The translations under genes were made by a program, and so were the position numbers. This document shows, piece by piece, positions 36,601 through 49,913 of a DNA stretch of 64,000 bases (its first letter is position 1; each line of letters opens with the position of its first letter). The stretch is from assembly GCA_951406725.2 (NCBI GenBank), contig OX597823.1, positions 45,632,001 through 45,696,000 on the forward strand, read 5' to 3'. This stretch comes from Octopus vulgaris. Its lineage: Eukaryota. A model generated the notes under the pieces. It had not been told where the DNA came from. It ran no database searches and was given only the letters and a program-made list of their open reading frames with translations.

Positions 36601-38130
36601 AAAAAAAGGGTAATATCTTGCGACTTAACAAAATATCTGCATCGCTCAACCGTCGCAGAATAATTCAGTTTCGTTTAACTTCGTCTTTGTGCTGCTGAAT
36701 GTTCTGCCTTTTATTTGCATCTAATCTTAAGTCTTTTCGAACGAGAAGTGGAGATGGGTTCCGTGCCAACGGCGGTCGAGCATGGTTCATCTCTCTTTTA
36801 TTTAAAAAAGGGAAGGTGTAGAGGGGCTGGCACGGGACCACCAGTGATGAAGAGCACGGGTGGACATGGTCTGCTCTATGCATGATTATGCCTCAGGGAC
36901 CACTAACTTGGGATGATCCTAACCCATCAAGCAAGAGCATGAAGCAAGCAAAGAATCATGCAAACATTTCCAAATATTTCAAAATCTATCATAGATTTTA
37001 TGTCTTTGAGAACGTTCATGTTACAGTATGACATAAGTAGATTATTTAGATCATTGCAGCATTTGTCACTCTCAAAAGTTTTTCTCTAAACTAAATAGCA
37101 AGTATATTCGACAAAAAAATTATTTAGCTTAGAACTTCCAAGTTAACTATTTTTTTACCTTTCATATAAATTAATTTGATATAAACTAATTTAAATATAC
37201 TTTTCCCGACGAAATTTTTGTCAATTAGATAATTTCAGCGTTAGGCTGTCATTATTTATAATTGTTCCCCTTCAAAGCTTTTTTTTTCTTTGAAAAGCTA
37301 ATTTTCAAAAGTTATTCTGTAACACACATTTCAATCATTAGAACGAATATTTTGAAAGTTCAAAGGATATTTAAAAAAAACAAATATGCGCACGTGTGAT
37401 GTGTGATGTGTGTGTGTTTGTGTATGTGTGTGTGTGTGTGTTTGCGCGCGCGTGTGTATGTGTGTATGTGTGTGCCCTTTCTGTGAATTGAGAATCAACT
37501 TGAATAAAACGGAAGATAATCTTTGTGAATCAACGAGGCTCAATTAGTTAAAGATCGCAACGAAAGAAACCATGTATTCTTTTTGGATATTAAATGAAAT
37601 ATTAAAAAAAAATTCTTTGTGTTTACCATGTAAATTGTCTGTCTCGGTTTGCAAAACTTTGTGTTATATAGTCCGACAAAATTGATCAAACTGATAAAGG
37701 GTTTTTGTGAGAGAGACCAAATTGCTTCGATTTTTAGTTTTAATGCTTTTCCACGCATCTTACTCACGGTCAATTGGGCATCACTTTTAATCATTCATCT
37801 GGCACTTGTATGGTTGTTTAGCAACATCAGTTACGGATATGGCAGAGAGAGAGAGAAGGCATTGGCAGATAAAGAAAAGTTACATGCATTTCGAGATTGT
37901 TCTCCTTCTGACGGTATTTAACGGGACGATAAATGATATCAGGATGGAGAGTTTTTTCTTTAGTCGAATTGATGCAATTTTTTTTTTTTTTTGGCACTTG
38001 GAATGATTGAAAAATTGATTTAGAAGATTTGTTTCCGTAGTTCTCTCAAACAAATTAGCTTATTCAATTTTCAATGATTTTGATAATTTTTAAGTGTACT
38101 TAGTAAATTAATTAGTTTTCAATTTTTTAA

Positions 38131-38839
38131 TCTTCTTATATTATAAAAGAGATGCGAATGTCCGTCTGTCTGTCCGTCACAATATCTATTAGAGAAAAGG
38201 AAAGAAGAGGTGGAATCAAAATATATATGTTACAACCTATAGGAGAAGAGAAAAATTTGTTGAGAGAGAGAGAGAGAGCGAGAGTGTGAGAAAGAGAGAG
38301 AGAGCGAGAGTGTGAGAAAGAGAGAGAGAGTTAGAGAGAGTTAGAGTGTGTGTGTGTGTGTGTGCATGTATGTAAAAGATAGATAGATAGATTGGTAGCG
38401 TTGTCACCATATTAACTTACAAGTTTTGATAAAAAAGTGGGAATTTTATGTGCAAATTTGTCGACACAGCACAGTAGTTAAAAAAAAACAGCAACCCTCC
38501 CCCCCAAAAAAGACTTTTATCATATTGACAGTTATTATTTGGTTGTGCGTATGCGCGCGCTTGTTTCTCTATGACTTTCAACTTAGAGACAATGCAACGT
38601 AGCAGAGCTTCACGAAAAAAGACATTCGTTATATAACAATATAGAAGTTTTTCGAGTTGTTTATTCGTGTGCGCGCGTGTGTGTGTGTATTTGTGTGTGT
38701 GTGTGTGTGTGTGCGCGCGCGCGTGTCTGTTTGCTTATTTATGTCTTTCAACAAAAAAACAACACCACACCTACTATAAAAATGACTTTCAATATAATGA
38801 CAAGTTGTTGGTGTCGCTGATGTTGTTAAGAAAGAAATT

Positions 38840-38902
<63 letters not shown>

Positions 38903-39054
38903 TGTGTGTGTGTATGTTTGTGGAAGATAATCTAGCTTTCACATCATAGTAACTTAAGAGATTTCCACTATATAACAGTGTATTATTAAAAGAAGGTACA
39001 AGCATGATTAGCAAATAGTTTTACTGGCAGCGTAGCGACGGATAAAGACCAAGT
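38131..39054 (+). mobile_element. Possible degenerate non-autonomous Helitron
   Basis: 5' A|TC..TATAAAAG..(CTGT)n start like the 20126-20431 element, and a 3' GCGTAGCGACGG..CAAG end. Confidence 0.4.
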
Positions 39055-39093
39055 ATATTTAAAGATTGGACACATCTTTGACGCTAGCCATTT

Positions 39094-39510
39094 AGGTGTG
39101 GCTGTGTGATAAGAAGCTTGCTTCTCAACCGCATGGTTCCGGGCTCAGTCCCACAGCGTGGCACTCTGGGCAAGTGTCTTCTGTTATAGCCTCGGGCCGA
39201 CCAAAGGCCTGTGAGTGGATTTGGTAGACGGAAACTGAAAGAAGCCCGTCGTATATATATGTATATGTGTGTGTGAGAGAGTGTGTGTATATTTGTGTGT
39301 GTGTGTGTCTGTGTTTGTCTCCCCCACCATCGCTTGACAATCGGTGTTGGTGTGTTTACGTCCCCGTAACTTCGCAATTCGGCAAAAGTGGCCGATAGAA
39401 TTAGTACTAAGCTTACAAAGAATAAGTTCTGGGAATCGATTCGTTCGACTAAAGGCGGTGCTCCAGCGTGGCCGCAGTCAAATGACTGAAACAAGTAAAA
39501 GAACAAAAGA
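39094..39510 (+). mobile_element. SINE family A
   Basis: Homology to 8340-8750. Confidence 0.92.
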
Positions 39511-39689
39511 ATATATATATATATATAAAAGCAATTATGAGGATAAACAAATTAGATACATCAAAAATATTACATATATTGAATATATTAGTTTGAAATA
39601 TTTATATATGTTTACAATGTATACATGCAAAACGAGAGAAAGCAAAAGGTGGAGACATTCAGATGAGGAAATTTCAGTATAAATATATG

Positions 39690-40440
39690 GATATTTAGTT
39701 TAATAGGTCCAGTTTACATAAAGAACAAACGATAAAGAAAGCGAAAGCGGTGGAAGAAAGGTGTTATAAGTTCGACTGCTGTTTCTGGGGTCTCGGCGAT
39801 CCATAAAAATGTTGGTAGATTTAGTTCGTCACACTATGCGGCCGTATGAATGCAAATAACATTGGATAAGTCGAGCCATCGCCATTAGGGTAGAGAAAGA
39901 TCTCACCTTTCAGGTCTCAATGCAGAGAAGTTCAAAGATGGAATACTTAAATGTGGAGAGCTAGCTGTATTAAAGGAAGGGGCGGTGGGGCTATGGGGTG
40001 TGTAATAAGACAGTGAATGGTAAGAGAAAAGATAGTTCCAGGAGAGTGAAGGGTTAATAATGAGGGTACTAAGGGAGGTAGTAATAGAGAGTTGGAAGAT
40101 GAATAGGTGGGTAGGATAGATAGTATTTGAATGATAGTCAGTTGTGTTGGGTTTGTTGAAGTTTAAGGAGAGTAGCTATAAAATTATGGGAAGCTGAGAT
40201 AGTGAGAAAAGAAATTGCAATTATTTGAAGGAAGTTGCAGAGGGAGATCACTAAGGTATGTAGAAAGGCATGAGGGGGAGGTGGACAGAGTGAGGGTGAG
40301 ATGGTGGTCAAAATAGCAGTGGTTACTGGAATAATGAATGTAGGTTGGTATTGGAGGGGAAGTACTGAGGTATGCAGAGGTGTATGAAATTGAATAGAGG
40401 AAGAGACTAGAGAGGAAAGGAGGTGATGACAGGTTTGTAT
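39690..40440 (-). mobile_element. Probable PLE 3' UTR/pLTR fragment
   Basis: Pyrimidine-rich minus strand, then GAAA CAGCAG TC (a hammerhead 3' half) near 39773-39785. Confidence 0.4.
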
Positions 40441-40910
40441 CATGAATTTGTATCTGTATAAAATGTATATGTGTACTGTGTGTACGCATGTATGTTTGGA
40501 CACACACACACACATATATATATACATATACTAACCTGTGTGTGCATGTGTGTGTGTGTGCGTGCGTGTGTGTGTGCTTCTGTGTGCGCACGCATCTGAA
40601 GTTAAATGTTGAAGATCATTTTAAAAGTTAATAGAAATTGAAACAAGACATAAATGAGGCTGAACAATTTAAGAAATATAAATATAAAGGAATAGCAGAG
40701 AGATTTCAAAGAGCTAGATAAAATCGGAATAGCAGGTAAGATTGTTAATTCAAAGGAAAATAAGTTAGAAACTGTTTGAACCAATGTGAAAATAGAGTTT
40801 TTTTTTTTTTAAATATAATGCACATGCGCGAATGTGTGACATGAATACAAAAATGAAGAGTAAAAGGTTGAGCGAACGTTAAAGAGATTCAATTAGACAG
40901 CGTATAATAT

Positions 40911-41396
40911 TCTTTATTTCTTTACTGCCCACAAGGAGCTACACACAGAGGGGACAAACAAGGACAGACAAAGGGATTAAGTCGATTACATCGACCCCAG
41001 TGAAACACTGGTACTTAATTTATCGACCCCGAGAGGATGAAAGGCAAAGTCGACCTCGGCGGAATTTGAACTCAGAACGTAACGGCAGACGAAATACCTA
41101 TTTCTTTACTACCAACAAGGGGCTAAACATAGAGAGGGAAAACAAGGACAGACAAACGGATTAAGTCGATTATATCGACCCCAGTGCGTAACTGGTACTT
41201 ATATAATCGACCCCGAAAGGATGAAAGGCAAAGTCGACCTCGGCGGAATTTGAACTCAGAACGTAGCGGCAGACGAAATACCGCTAAGCATTTCGTCCGG
41301 CGTGCTAACAATTCTGACAGCTCGCCGCCTTAAAGATAGACAAAATACCGCAAAGCATTTTGCGCGGCTTGCTAACGATTCTGCCAGCTCGCCGCC
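40911..41396 (-). mobile_element. Nested/composite SINE B with 17-bp TSD
   Basis: TSD acagcgt(a/g)taatattct at 40897-40913 and 41399-41415. The inner copy spans about 41097-41330. Confidence 0.9.
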
Positions 41397-41639
41397 CTAC
41401 AGCGTGTAATATTCTGCTTGGCAGTCAAAACTCACCTATTTATAGTTGTTCGGTTGAAGAGAAGGACTCCAGGATTTGATCCGCATATTCTGTGTGGAAA
41501 GTTTAATTTATGCTGTGATTGGTGGATAATGACCAATGGGATGTCAAGGAGAAAAATATTAGTGATGGACAAGCCGAATGCACAATCATAGTTTTGAGCT
41601 ACTTCTAGTGACAAACAGTCATCAGGGGAAAGAAACTTC

Positions 41640-42790
41640 ATATAGCCTTTTCAAAAGCAATAAAGTGAGAGAGAATAACTCGTACTACTGGTTATGGCTA
41701 TAGAAAGTGATACCAAGAGAATGTTCTTGATAGCACAGGAACAAACCTTATAAGTATATTGAATTAAAAAAAAAAAAACGATAGATCTGCAAGACTGCTC
41801 CCTCAGAGGCAGAATGTGTGATATTTCAGATAATACCGTGGCTTACATTTTATCCGAATGTCCACAGTTAGCTCAGACTGAATTAAAAAAGTATAACTTT
41901 GTTGGAACAATAACGGGAAATTTTGCGGGAAATCTGGTTTTGTATGCACAGAAAATAAAGCCATAAATATCGTTAGGATTAGTTATATGATCCGTCAAAG
42001 CCGATGCAGGTAAACCTAAAGAAGATTTGGATACAACAAACAGGATATTGTAGTCGTCGACAAGAAGAAAAAAAATATATATAATAATTGAGGCTGCATT
42101 ATTTTTATGACATCAGAATAAAAAAATAAGGAAAAACGAAAAACAAAAACTAGAGTATTATACTGATTTCAAGAAGAAATCCTCGAGTGTTGGAACAGAA
42201 AAATTAGAGAGGTTATGAATACTGTCTATTATTATTGGCGTGGAGGCGCAATGGCCCAGTGGTTAGGGCAGCGGACTCGCGGTCATAGGATCGCGGTTTC
42301 GATTCCCAGACCGGGCGTTGTGAGTGTTTATTGAGCGAAAACACCTAAAGCTCCACGAGGCTCCGGCAGGGGATGGTGGTGATCCCTGCTGTACTCTTTC
42401 ACGACAACTTTCTCTCACTCTTACTTCCTGTTTCTGTTGTACCTGTATTTCAAAGGGCCGGCCTTGTCACTCTCTGTGTCACGCTGAATATCCCCGAGAA
42501 CTACGTTAAGGGTACACGTGTCTGTGGAGTGCTCAGCCACTTACACGTTAATTTCACGAGCAGGCTGTTCCGTTGATTCGGATCAATCGGAACCCTCGTC
42601 GTCGTAACCGACGGAGTGCTTCCATTATTATTGGAGCCTAGGCAACAGTGGCAAAAAACAAAAAAACATAAACAAAACAAAAACCATAAGAACAAACCTT
42701 GAAAAATTTTATCTTAATCTTGGAGGAGGTACAGAGCGCAAAACATGGTTACAGGGTTCGACAAGAAATATCCGAAAAGTCCTCAATACA
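41640..42790 (+). mobile_element. Decayed R4/Dong-type RLE domain interrupted by SINE C
   Basis: IAQEQTL, RMC..TVAYILSECPQLA, DIVVVDK and IIIG|A motifs, split by the SINE. Confidence 0.7.
42241..42624 (+). mobile_element. SINE family C with TSD
   Basis: tRNA-like head. TSD attattattgg at 42228-42238 and 42624-42634. Confidence 0.93.
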
Positions 42791-43044
42791 ACGTAAGACC
42801 AGTTTGGAAGAGTAAATGAAAGCTTTTATAGAGAAGATACAAAATGCTTCCCATCCTAAACCACTACTGGGTAAAAATGAAAGCTTTTATAGAGAAGATA
42901 CAAAATGCTTCCCATCCTAAACCACTACTGGGTAAAAATTTCACCCATTATTCCGTGAAACAAAAGAACAACAACAATAGCAACGACAGCAGCAGTAGAG
43001 ACAAGAACCTGAACAACAACAGCAACAACAATGATAATGTTGAT

Positions 43045-43262
43045 GATGGTTTCAAATTTTGGCACGAGGTCAGGATTTTGGGGATGGGATAATTCGATTA
43101 CATCGATCCCAGTGTTTCACTAGTACATGATTTATCGACCTCGAAAGGACGAAAGACAAAAAAGTCAACCCCGGGGGAAATATGAGTTCAGAACATAAAG
43201 ACGGTCAAAATGCCGCTAAGCGTTTTGCTCGGCGCGGTAACGATTCAGCCAGCTCACTCCCT
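43045..43262 (-). mobile_element. SINE family B, diverged
   Basis: Homology to other B copies. Confidence 0.75.
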
Positions 43263-43263
<1 letters not shown>

Positions 43264-43318
<55 letters not shown>

Positions 43319-43860
43319 CAACAACAATTTCTTTATTAAACACAAAAGGTTTACATTAAAAAAGCATAGTGGATCTGTAAGTTCTGCAGTATGTATGTAT
43401 GTATGTATGAACGTACGGATGTATGTACGTACGGATGTACGTATGTATGTATGTATGTATGTATGTATGTATGTATGTATGAGCGTACGGATGTATGTGT
43501 ATGTATGTATGTATTTATGTATGTATGTATCTATGTATGTATGTATGAACGTACGGATGCATATCTGTATGTATGCATGCATGTATGTATTTATGTATGT
43601 ATTTATGTATGTATGTATGTATGTATGTATGCATGCATGCATGTATGTATGTATGTATGTATGTATGTATGTATTTATGTATGTATGTATTTATGTATGC
43701 ATGTATGTAAGCATGTATTCTTGTATGTATGCATGCATGCGTGCATCCATACATTTATGTATGTATGCATTCATGCATGCACATATACATGTATGTATGT
43801 ATGTAAGTATGTATGTATGTAAGTATGTATGTATGTAAGTGTGTATGCATGTATGTATGC
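43264..43860. repeat. (TAA)n and degenerate (TATG)n microsatellites
   Basis: Direct reading. Confidence 0.95.
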
Positions 43861-43913
43861 ACTTTCCTTTCTCCATATAACATTAAATACATGCTAATAT
43901 TATGAGCTAATAA

Positions 43914-44130
43914 GACGCTGAGCTGGCAGAATCGTTAGCACATTAGACAAAATGGGTGTCGTGGTTTCGTCCGTTTTTACATTCTGAGTTCAAGTTGCCC
44001 TGTGGTCAACTTTGTCATTTATCCTTTTGGGATTGATAAAATAAGTAGCAGCCGAACACTGTGGTTGATGTAATCGACGTACACCAGCCGCCGAACTTTC
44101 TGGCCTTGTGCCAGAACTTATAACCAATAT
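43914..44130 (+). mobile_element. SINE family B, diverged
   Basis: GAGCTGGCAGAATCGTTAGC head plus the central domain. Confidence 0.8.
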
Positions 44131-44239
44131 TTTGGCAAATAATATTAAGTATATATGCAATACATTTTTATATTGCTGTTTGTCAGGAAATTAAACTTCT
44201 AAGAATAATTCACCTTTCTAGATTTGCTTAACCTTTTGC

Positions 44240-44445
44240 TTAACCTTTTGAACCCCATGAGCCCATCCTGACATAACCTCTGCCTTGAGCTCCCAGAGAA
44301 AATTTGCAAAAAATTTAGTTATGATTTATTTTTATTTATGTGTTACTATTTTGTTGTTATTTATGATAAATAAAAAAATTAAATATCTATTTCATGTTGT
44401 TTATTTCATTTTCTCACTTGTACCTCCATAACTGAACTTTAGCGT

Positions 44446-44476
<31 letters not shown>

Positions 44477-44650
44477 CTCAAAAATCTGCAATTTAATTCT
44501 AAAAAATTCTCGAAGCCTCCTCCCGGAAATTCGGCTGTGAATAGATGCCTAAACTGCGATGTAAAACGGTCTTTTATTGGTAAGCAGTCTAGCGGGTATA
44601 TGAACTATACGCTCAGGCCGGAAACCGGCCCGGTGGGTTCTAAGGGTTAA
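44240..44650. mobile_element. piggyBac-like non-autonomous element
   Basis: TTAA-CCTTTTGAACCC ... GGGTTCTAAGGG-TTAA termini. Confidence 0.55.
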
Positions 44651-44998
44651 GAGAAAATTGTTCGTGTCTTAAAATTCATTATTCATTCGTTTTAGCAGAT
44701 AAACATGAAAGAAAATATTTAAAGGGAAGCAACTCTGTATATGGCTTTGAACGAGTTATTCCTCTTTAGACGTCTTTGTTTAAACTAAACTTCAGCACGT
44801 TTGATAAAATATGTAATTTCATTTCAATCGACTATCCTGTGTTGGGTTTCTCAGCTTATCAGCCAACAAATATTTTGTTTCTAACTATGAGGCATAAAAA
44901 AAATCTTAGCAGAATTTAATTTATACTAGTTTCAATTGAGCAAACGAATCGAAAGTTCTTTCTTTTTGCAGTAATCTGGCATTCTTCTATGTGTGTTT

Positions 44999-45036
<38 letters not shown>

Positions 45037-45336
45037 TTGTGTGCGTGTATGTGTATGCAGATATGTATATATCTATCTATGTGTGTATCTATGTGTGACT
45101 TTGAGTTTGTCTTTGTCTACCAGGTCATACATATATATATATGTATGGCTCTACGCTTGGAATGACCAAATATAACTACCATTGGAACTCACACACCAAG
45201 TACAAGAAACTTCTTCATTTATATATACCATTCTACTTGAATAATGGAACTACCAGTACAATATCCTTATGTATCTCACTTCTACTTTCATTCTCTTCCC
45301 TCTGTATTTCATATCTTCTCTACATTTCCTCGCACC

Positions 45337-45384
45337 GTCTCTGATGAAAGGATATATAAAATATCCTGTAAACAGCTGTAAGAC
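45337..45384 (+). ncRNA. Hammerhead ribozyme (one core lesion) in a PLE 3' fragment
   Basis: gtct CTGATGA A AGGATAT-ataaa-ATATCCT gtAAA CAGCTG TA agac. Confidence 0.8.
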
Positions 45385-45461
45385 TTTTTCTTTATAAATG
45401 TTCTGAAAACTATTTGCAGCCTTGGATTTTTTTATCTCATTCTGTCAATATATATATATTT

Positions 45462-45584
45462 AGAGGGCAACAAACATTAAAACAAGGCAAACATCTCAAG
45501 TCGTATACAATGTTATTATTGGAAAAATAATAACATTGTATACGATTTGAGATGTTTGCCTTGCCTTAATGTTTGTTGGCCTCT
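45462..45584. repeat. Near-perfect hairpin (about 59-bp arms, 5-nt loop)
   Basis: 45462-45520 is complementary to 45526-45584. Confidence 0.92.
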
Positions 45585-45990
45585 TTAACAAGTATATACC
45601 CGCTGGCTCCATAACTACCGTCCCGGATATAACTTTGGAGCCCTAGTAATCCGTTACACCACTTACCTAGCATACCTAATCGTTTAGGTCATCTGTGAAG
45701 TAAACCCATACCCTGTATGTATGTATGTATGTATGTATGTATGTATGTATGTATGTATGTATGTATGTGTGCGTATGTGTGTGTGTGTCTGTGTGTGTAA
45801 GACAAAGAAGAAGATGAAGATCACTATTTATATTTTCATCTTCCATGTCTCATAAGTTACTCCGTGCCATATTTTCACACAAGTTTTTACCTGTGATATT
45901 TACCTGAAGTACCTGCATCAGCGTATTTTCTTAGGACATGAGTGCTGCATAGGGAATCCCAACTTAAACATACGTTACATTCCATGCATT

Positions 45991-46104
<114 letters not shown>

Positions 46105-46299
46105 GCACACACACACACACATGCATATGCGGCCAGTTAGCATAGACATTAGCGAGTACATATTTCGTTGTATGACAATCATTCTGGTTCTCTGGGCACT
46201 GAGTTCAATTCGTGCCGTAGTCAACGTTGCTTCTATTGATTTCAAGTTGCTAAATAAAGAATCAGTTCTGTAGTGGGGGTGGATTTTCTCTTAGATGCT

Positions 46300-46780
46300 T
46301 TTTTGTTGTCCGTGTCTGCTCCTCCTGGAAATAGGTGCATCTGTGGTTAATTGAACCATCCAATTTAAATACAGTCTCATCACTTAAATCAAAAGTCCAT
46401 CTTCTATACAACTTGCCAAAAACCTTTCGCAAAACTTCAGTCTCTATGACAGCGTTTCAAAACACGATGATCCCTTTATGTTTAAATACCTAATTAAAGA
46501 TTCGATTTCTGCATAATTTTACTTGAACTTTAGCAGCAAATTTCTAATACCCTATCTTGCTTCGTGGGACTCGTGGAAGTCAGCGGTCTTCCTGAACATT
46601 TTCTTTGGACACCCTGAACGATTCCATCTGCTTCAAACTGAACTTTAACTTAAGTGATAGTAAGTTACATAGGTGAATCTGTTTGAAACGCCTGTCTAAA
46701 CTGCCATTGCACATCGACTGCATTTTCAAACTTCCAGTGTAACTTTAGTAAAAATTTCTTTGTCTTAGACAAAGAAATTT
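46300..46780 (-). mobile_element. Tc1/mariner (rosa-like) transposase N-terminal relic
   Basis: QFEADG.V..CSGRPLTSTS and SDETVFKLDGSINH motifs. Confidence 0.65.
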
Positions 46781-46923
46781 TATACTAAAGTGAATTGGTT
46801 AAATTGGTTAAGTCCAAAAAGAAATATAAGGTGACTTATAAGCTATTACAGCGTGTATACATAGTTTTTGGACGCTGCATGCATACATACATACATACAT
46901 ACATACATACATACATACATACA

Positions 46924-46954
<31 letters not shown>

Positions 46955-47149
46955 GTGTGTATATATCTATGCAGATGTATGTATATACGTGTGTATACGT
47001 ATACACGCACACTCACACACGCACACATATATATGTGTACAGACACACACACATTCACACACACACACACACACACAATGATATACGTATGTATATATGC
47101 CTGTATATGGAAATCCATGTAAAAGTAATAATCGTTACTAAAAGAACGT

Positions 47150-48260
47150 ATTAGTATTAACCCTGTTACTCTGTGTTGCTGCCATAACGGGAATAGGTTA
47201 AACGTCATCTCTGCCGGATTCCCAGTGAAGCGGTAATGAATAACACCTGTAGAGAAAGACCATCCAGCCGATTCTGTCCACTAGTTTGCCTGCAATCGTT
47301 ACACTTGAGCTCTATATGTAACTATTTCTTTGCTTAGGAGCTACTGAAGATAGAGGAATGTGCCCAATAATAATAGAGATAAAACAGTAACCATTTGCAG
47401 TAGAGGAAAATGGTTATATATATCATGAGTTAGATGGAAGGGGCCTTGAAGACAAATTCAATAACTTTTTTTGCTTTTTGGTTTACTGCTAATTCGTCCC
47501 GAAACAGGACAAAACAATGGGCATTTCATGGACTAGCGGTAAAAACCGATGTCTATCTAAGCTTGAAATGTGACGAACCTTCGTCTTTCAACTGGTATAC
47601 GTGTTTGGATAAATTTGTTGACAATCCGTTTTCTGGGTAACAAAAAGAATTTTTGGGAAGGTGAATTCTCGTCTTGAAATTGTTTTCTGCTGCTCTTGAG
47701 TAATATTTTTTGTTATGCAATGCTATTATCAACTTAGACTTTAGCTCTATATACTAATCCTTTGATCAAGTAATAGCCATTTAAAGGGACAGCTGCTAGA
47801 ATCTATACAATTACATTTAAAGTTATTTTCATTTTCATAGGTTTCAGTGACTCTTTCTTCACATTATGTTGGTTAACCAACAAGACGAAGTTTTCACAAA
47901 AAGAATAGGTAACCTTCAGCGTACTTCTGTTAAATGTCTTCGATATTAAACTTAAGAAATCGCTAGCTAGATAAATTTTGACATTCATATTGAATGCTGG
48001 AATAAAACACAAAACCATACTAGCTCATGTGCTGCGGGATGTCCACGGATTTATTTTCGTTGCTGGCGTAAAGGATCTGCTCAGAGAAACCTACTAATTG
48101 GCATGAAGGCACTCAACAACACGCTCCAACATCTTGCCTAATAGACATATAATCTCTTCTGTCAGTCTTTTCTTATGGTATTTTAACAGACTTTATTCCT
48201 CGGAGCTGGCTGCTTTTGTGGCGAACCCATAATCGTCTCTCTTTCTGCCATCGCTCATAT
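47150..48260 (-). mobile_element. Naiad-like PLE relic (linker and GIY-YIG endonuclease)
   Basis: FIPAFNMNV..FLSLI..TFNRSTLKVTYS..NQHN, CNC..CP.NG, LVYRAKV and NFKTR..SF..STNLSKHVYQLKD motifs. Confidence 0.8.
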
Positions 48261-48903
48261 TATGTTCACTTCCTGGTAAACATAAATCACCACGCCCCGT
48301 CCTCCTCCTTATCCCCTAAAACGAGGCCATCTGATATTTCCTTCCTGTGGTTATCGACATGCAGATATTAAAGCCAAGCGTTAACCACGTCACTCTCACA
48401 GGTCTCGGGTGGTTCTCGGGGCCTTAAATATCCCCCTTTCTCCACAGAATTTAAAAATAAGAGCAATTCAAGAAATATAGGGCAAATAAAAGGAGATTTA
48501 AATAGGGAGTCATATAAAAAGAGAAAAAACAGAATAAAAAAATTAAGAAAAATAAAAACTGGGGCAAGTCATCATTTAGAGTAAATAATAATTTCTAACA
48601 TTGTTACGAAGTCTTGGGGCAAGTTAGTTAATTATATGGAACTCAGTATTAGGCTGTAACTTCATTTTATCGATCCCTAACAATCAACCTGACCTAACTT
48701 GCCACGGCAGAAGTTGAACTCAGAACATAAAAGACTTATATAACATCGTATTAAATGTCCTATAGATGTTTGAGAACATGTTGACTAAATGAAGGGGAGG
48801 TAACAAAGAAAGAGTCGCTTCCCTTTAGTTATTCAAATCTCGTTGCCTTCACTGATTTCCTTGATCCCCGACAACACACATACATACACGTACACATATA
48901 CGC

Positions 48904-48934
<31 letters not shown>

Positions 48935-48940
48935 TGTATG

Positions 48941-48971
<31 letters not shown>

Positions 48972-49029
48972 GTATGTATATACGTATATATTTATAAAGT
49001 AACAAACTGAGGAAAAGAAATCCTTCATA

Positions 49030-49482
49030 GGGGTGTGTTAAACATCCAATTCACTGGTACTTCAGTTGGATACCATATACATATTGGTACAATTCAATTA
49101 TAAAGATAAATTAAATATAGATATTCAGTTGACAATCCAATGATTAATTTATATTACAATATTACATTAAATGCTATGGATATAATATATAGCATAACAT
49201 AATATTATATAAATAATTATAAAAGGCGAACAAATTGTTTCGACTTCAGGGTCTTTCTTTCAGAATTTCGTTACCCTGAAGTAACTATATATATCAAATG
49301 GGCTTGCGATTATGTATGTCAGAAAAAATATATACAAGTCGAAACAATTTGTTGGCCTTTTATGGTTTTTATAATTATTCATATAATATTATGTTATGTA
49401 TTCATAGTATTTAATGTAATATTGTGATATAAATAAATTATTGCATTGTCAATAGAATATCTCTAAATTTAATTTATCTTTA

Positions 49483-49490
<8 letters not shown>
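49030..49490. repeat. Fold-back element with truncated hammerhead halves and a tail
   Basis: Arms 49101-49246 and 49336-49482, each starting with GTC-GAAA-CAATTTG-TT. The tail 49045-49095 resembles 56058-56112. Confidence 0.85.
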
Positions 49491-49521
<31 letters not shown>

Positions 49522-49530
49522 TGTGTGTGT

Positions 49531-49584
<54 letters not shown>

Positions 49585-49875
49585 TCTTTTACTTGTGCTA
49601 GTCATTTGACTTCGGCCATGCTGGAGCACCGCCTTGAAGGGTTTTACTCGAAAACATGGACCCCAGGACTCATTCTTTTGTAAGCCTCTTTTACCGAACC
49701 GCTACCTGTAGTGAAGCGATGGCAGAGGACAAACAGAAACACACTTTCATATACGGCGGGATTCTTTCAGTTTCCATCTACCAAATCCACTCACAAGGCT
49801 TTGGTCGGCCCGAAGATATGATAGAAAATACTTGCCCACGGTGCCACGCAGTGGGACTGAACTCGGAACCATGTG
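49585..49875 (-). mobile_element. SINE family A, deleted
   Basis: Homology to family A. Confidence 0.85.
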
Positions 49876-49881
49876 CATACC

Positions 49882-49913
<32 letters not shown>

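Noticed and set aside
42241-42320. tRNA-Arg-like gene
   Set aside because: It is the head of SINE C: the cloverleaf is imperfect and it continues into the SINE body with a TSD.
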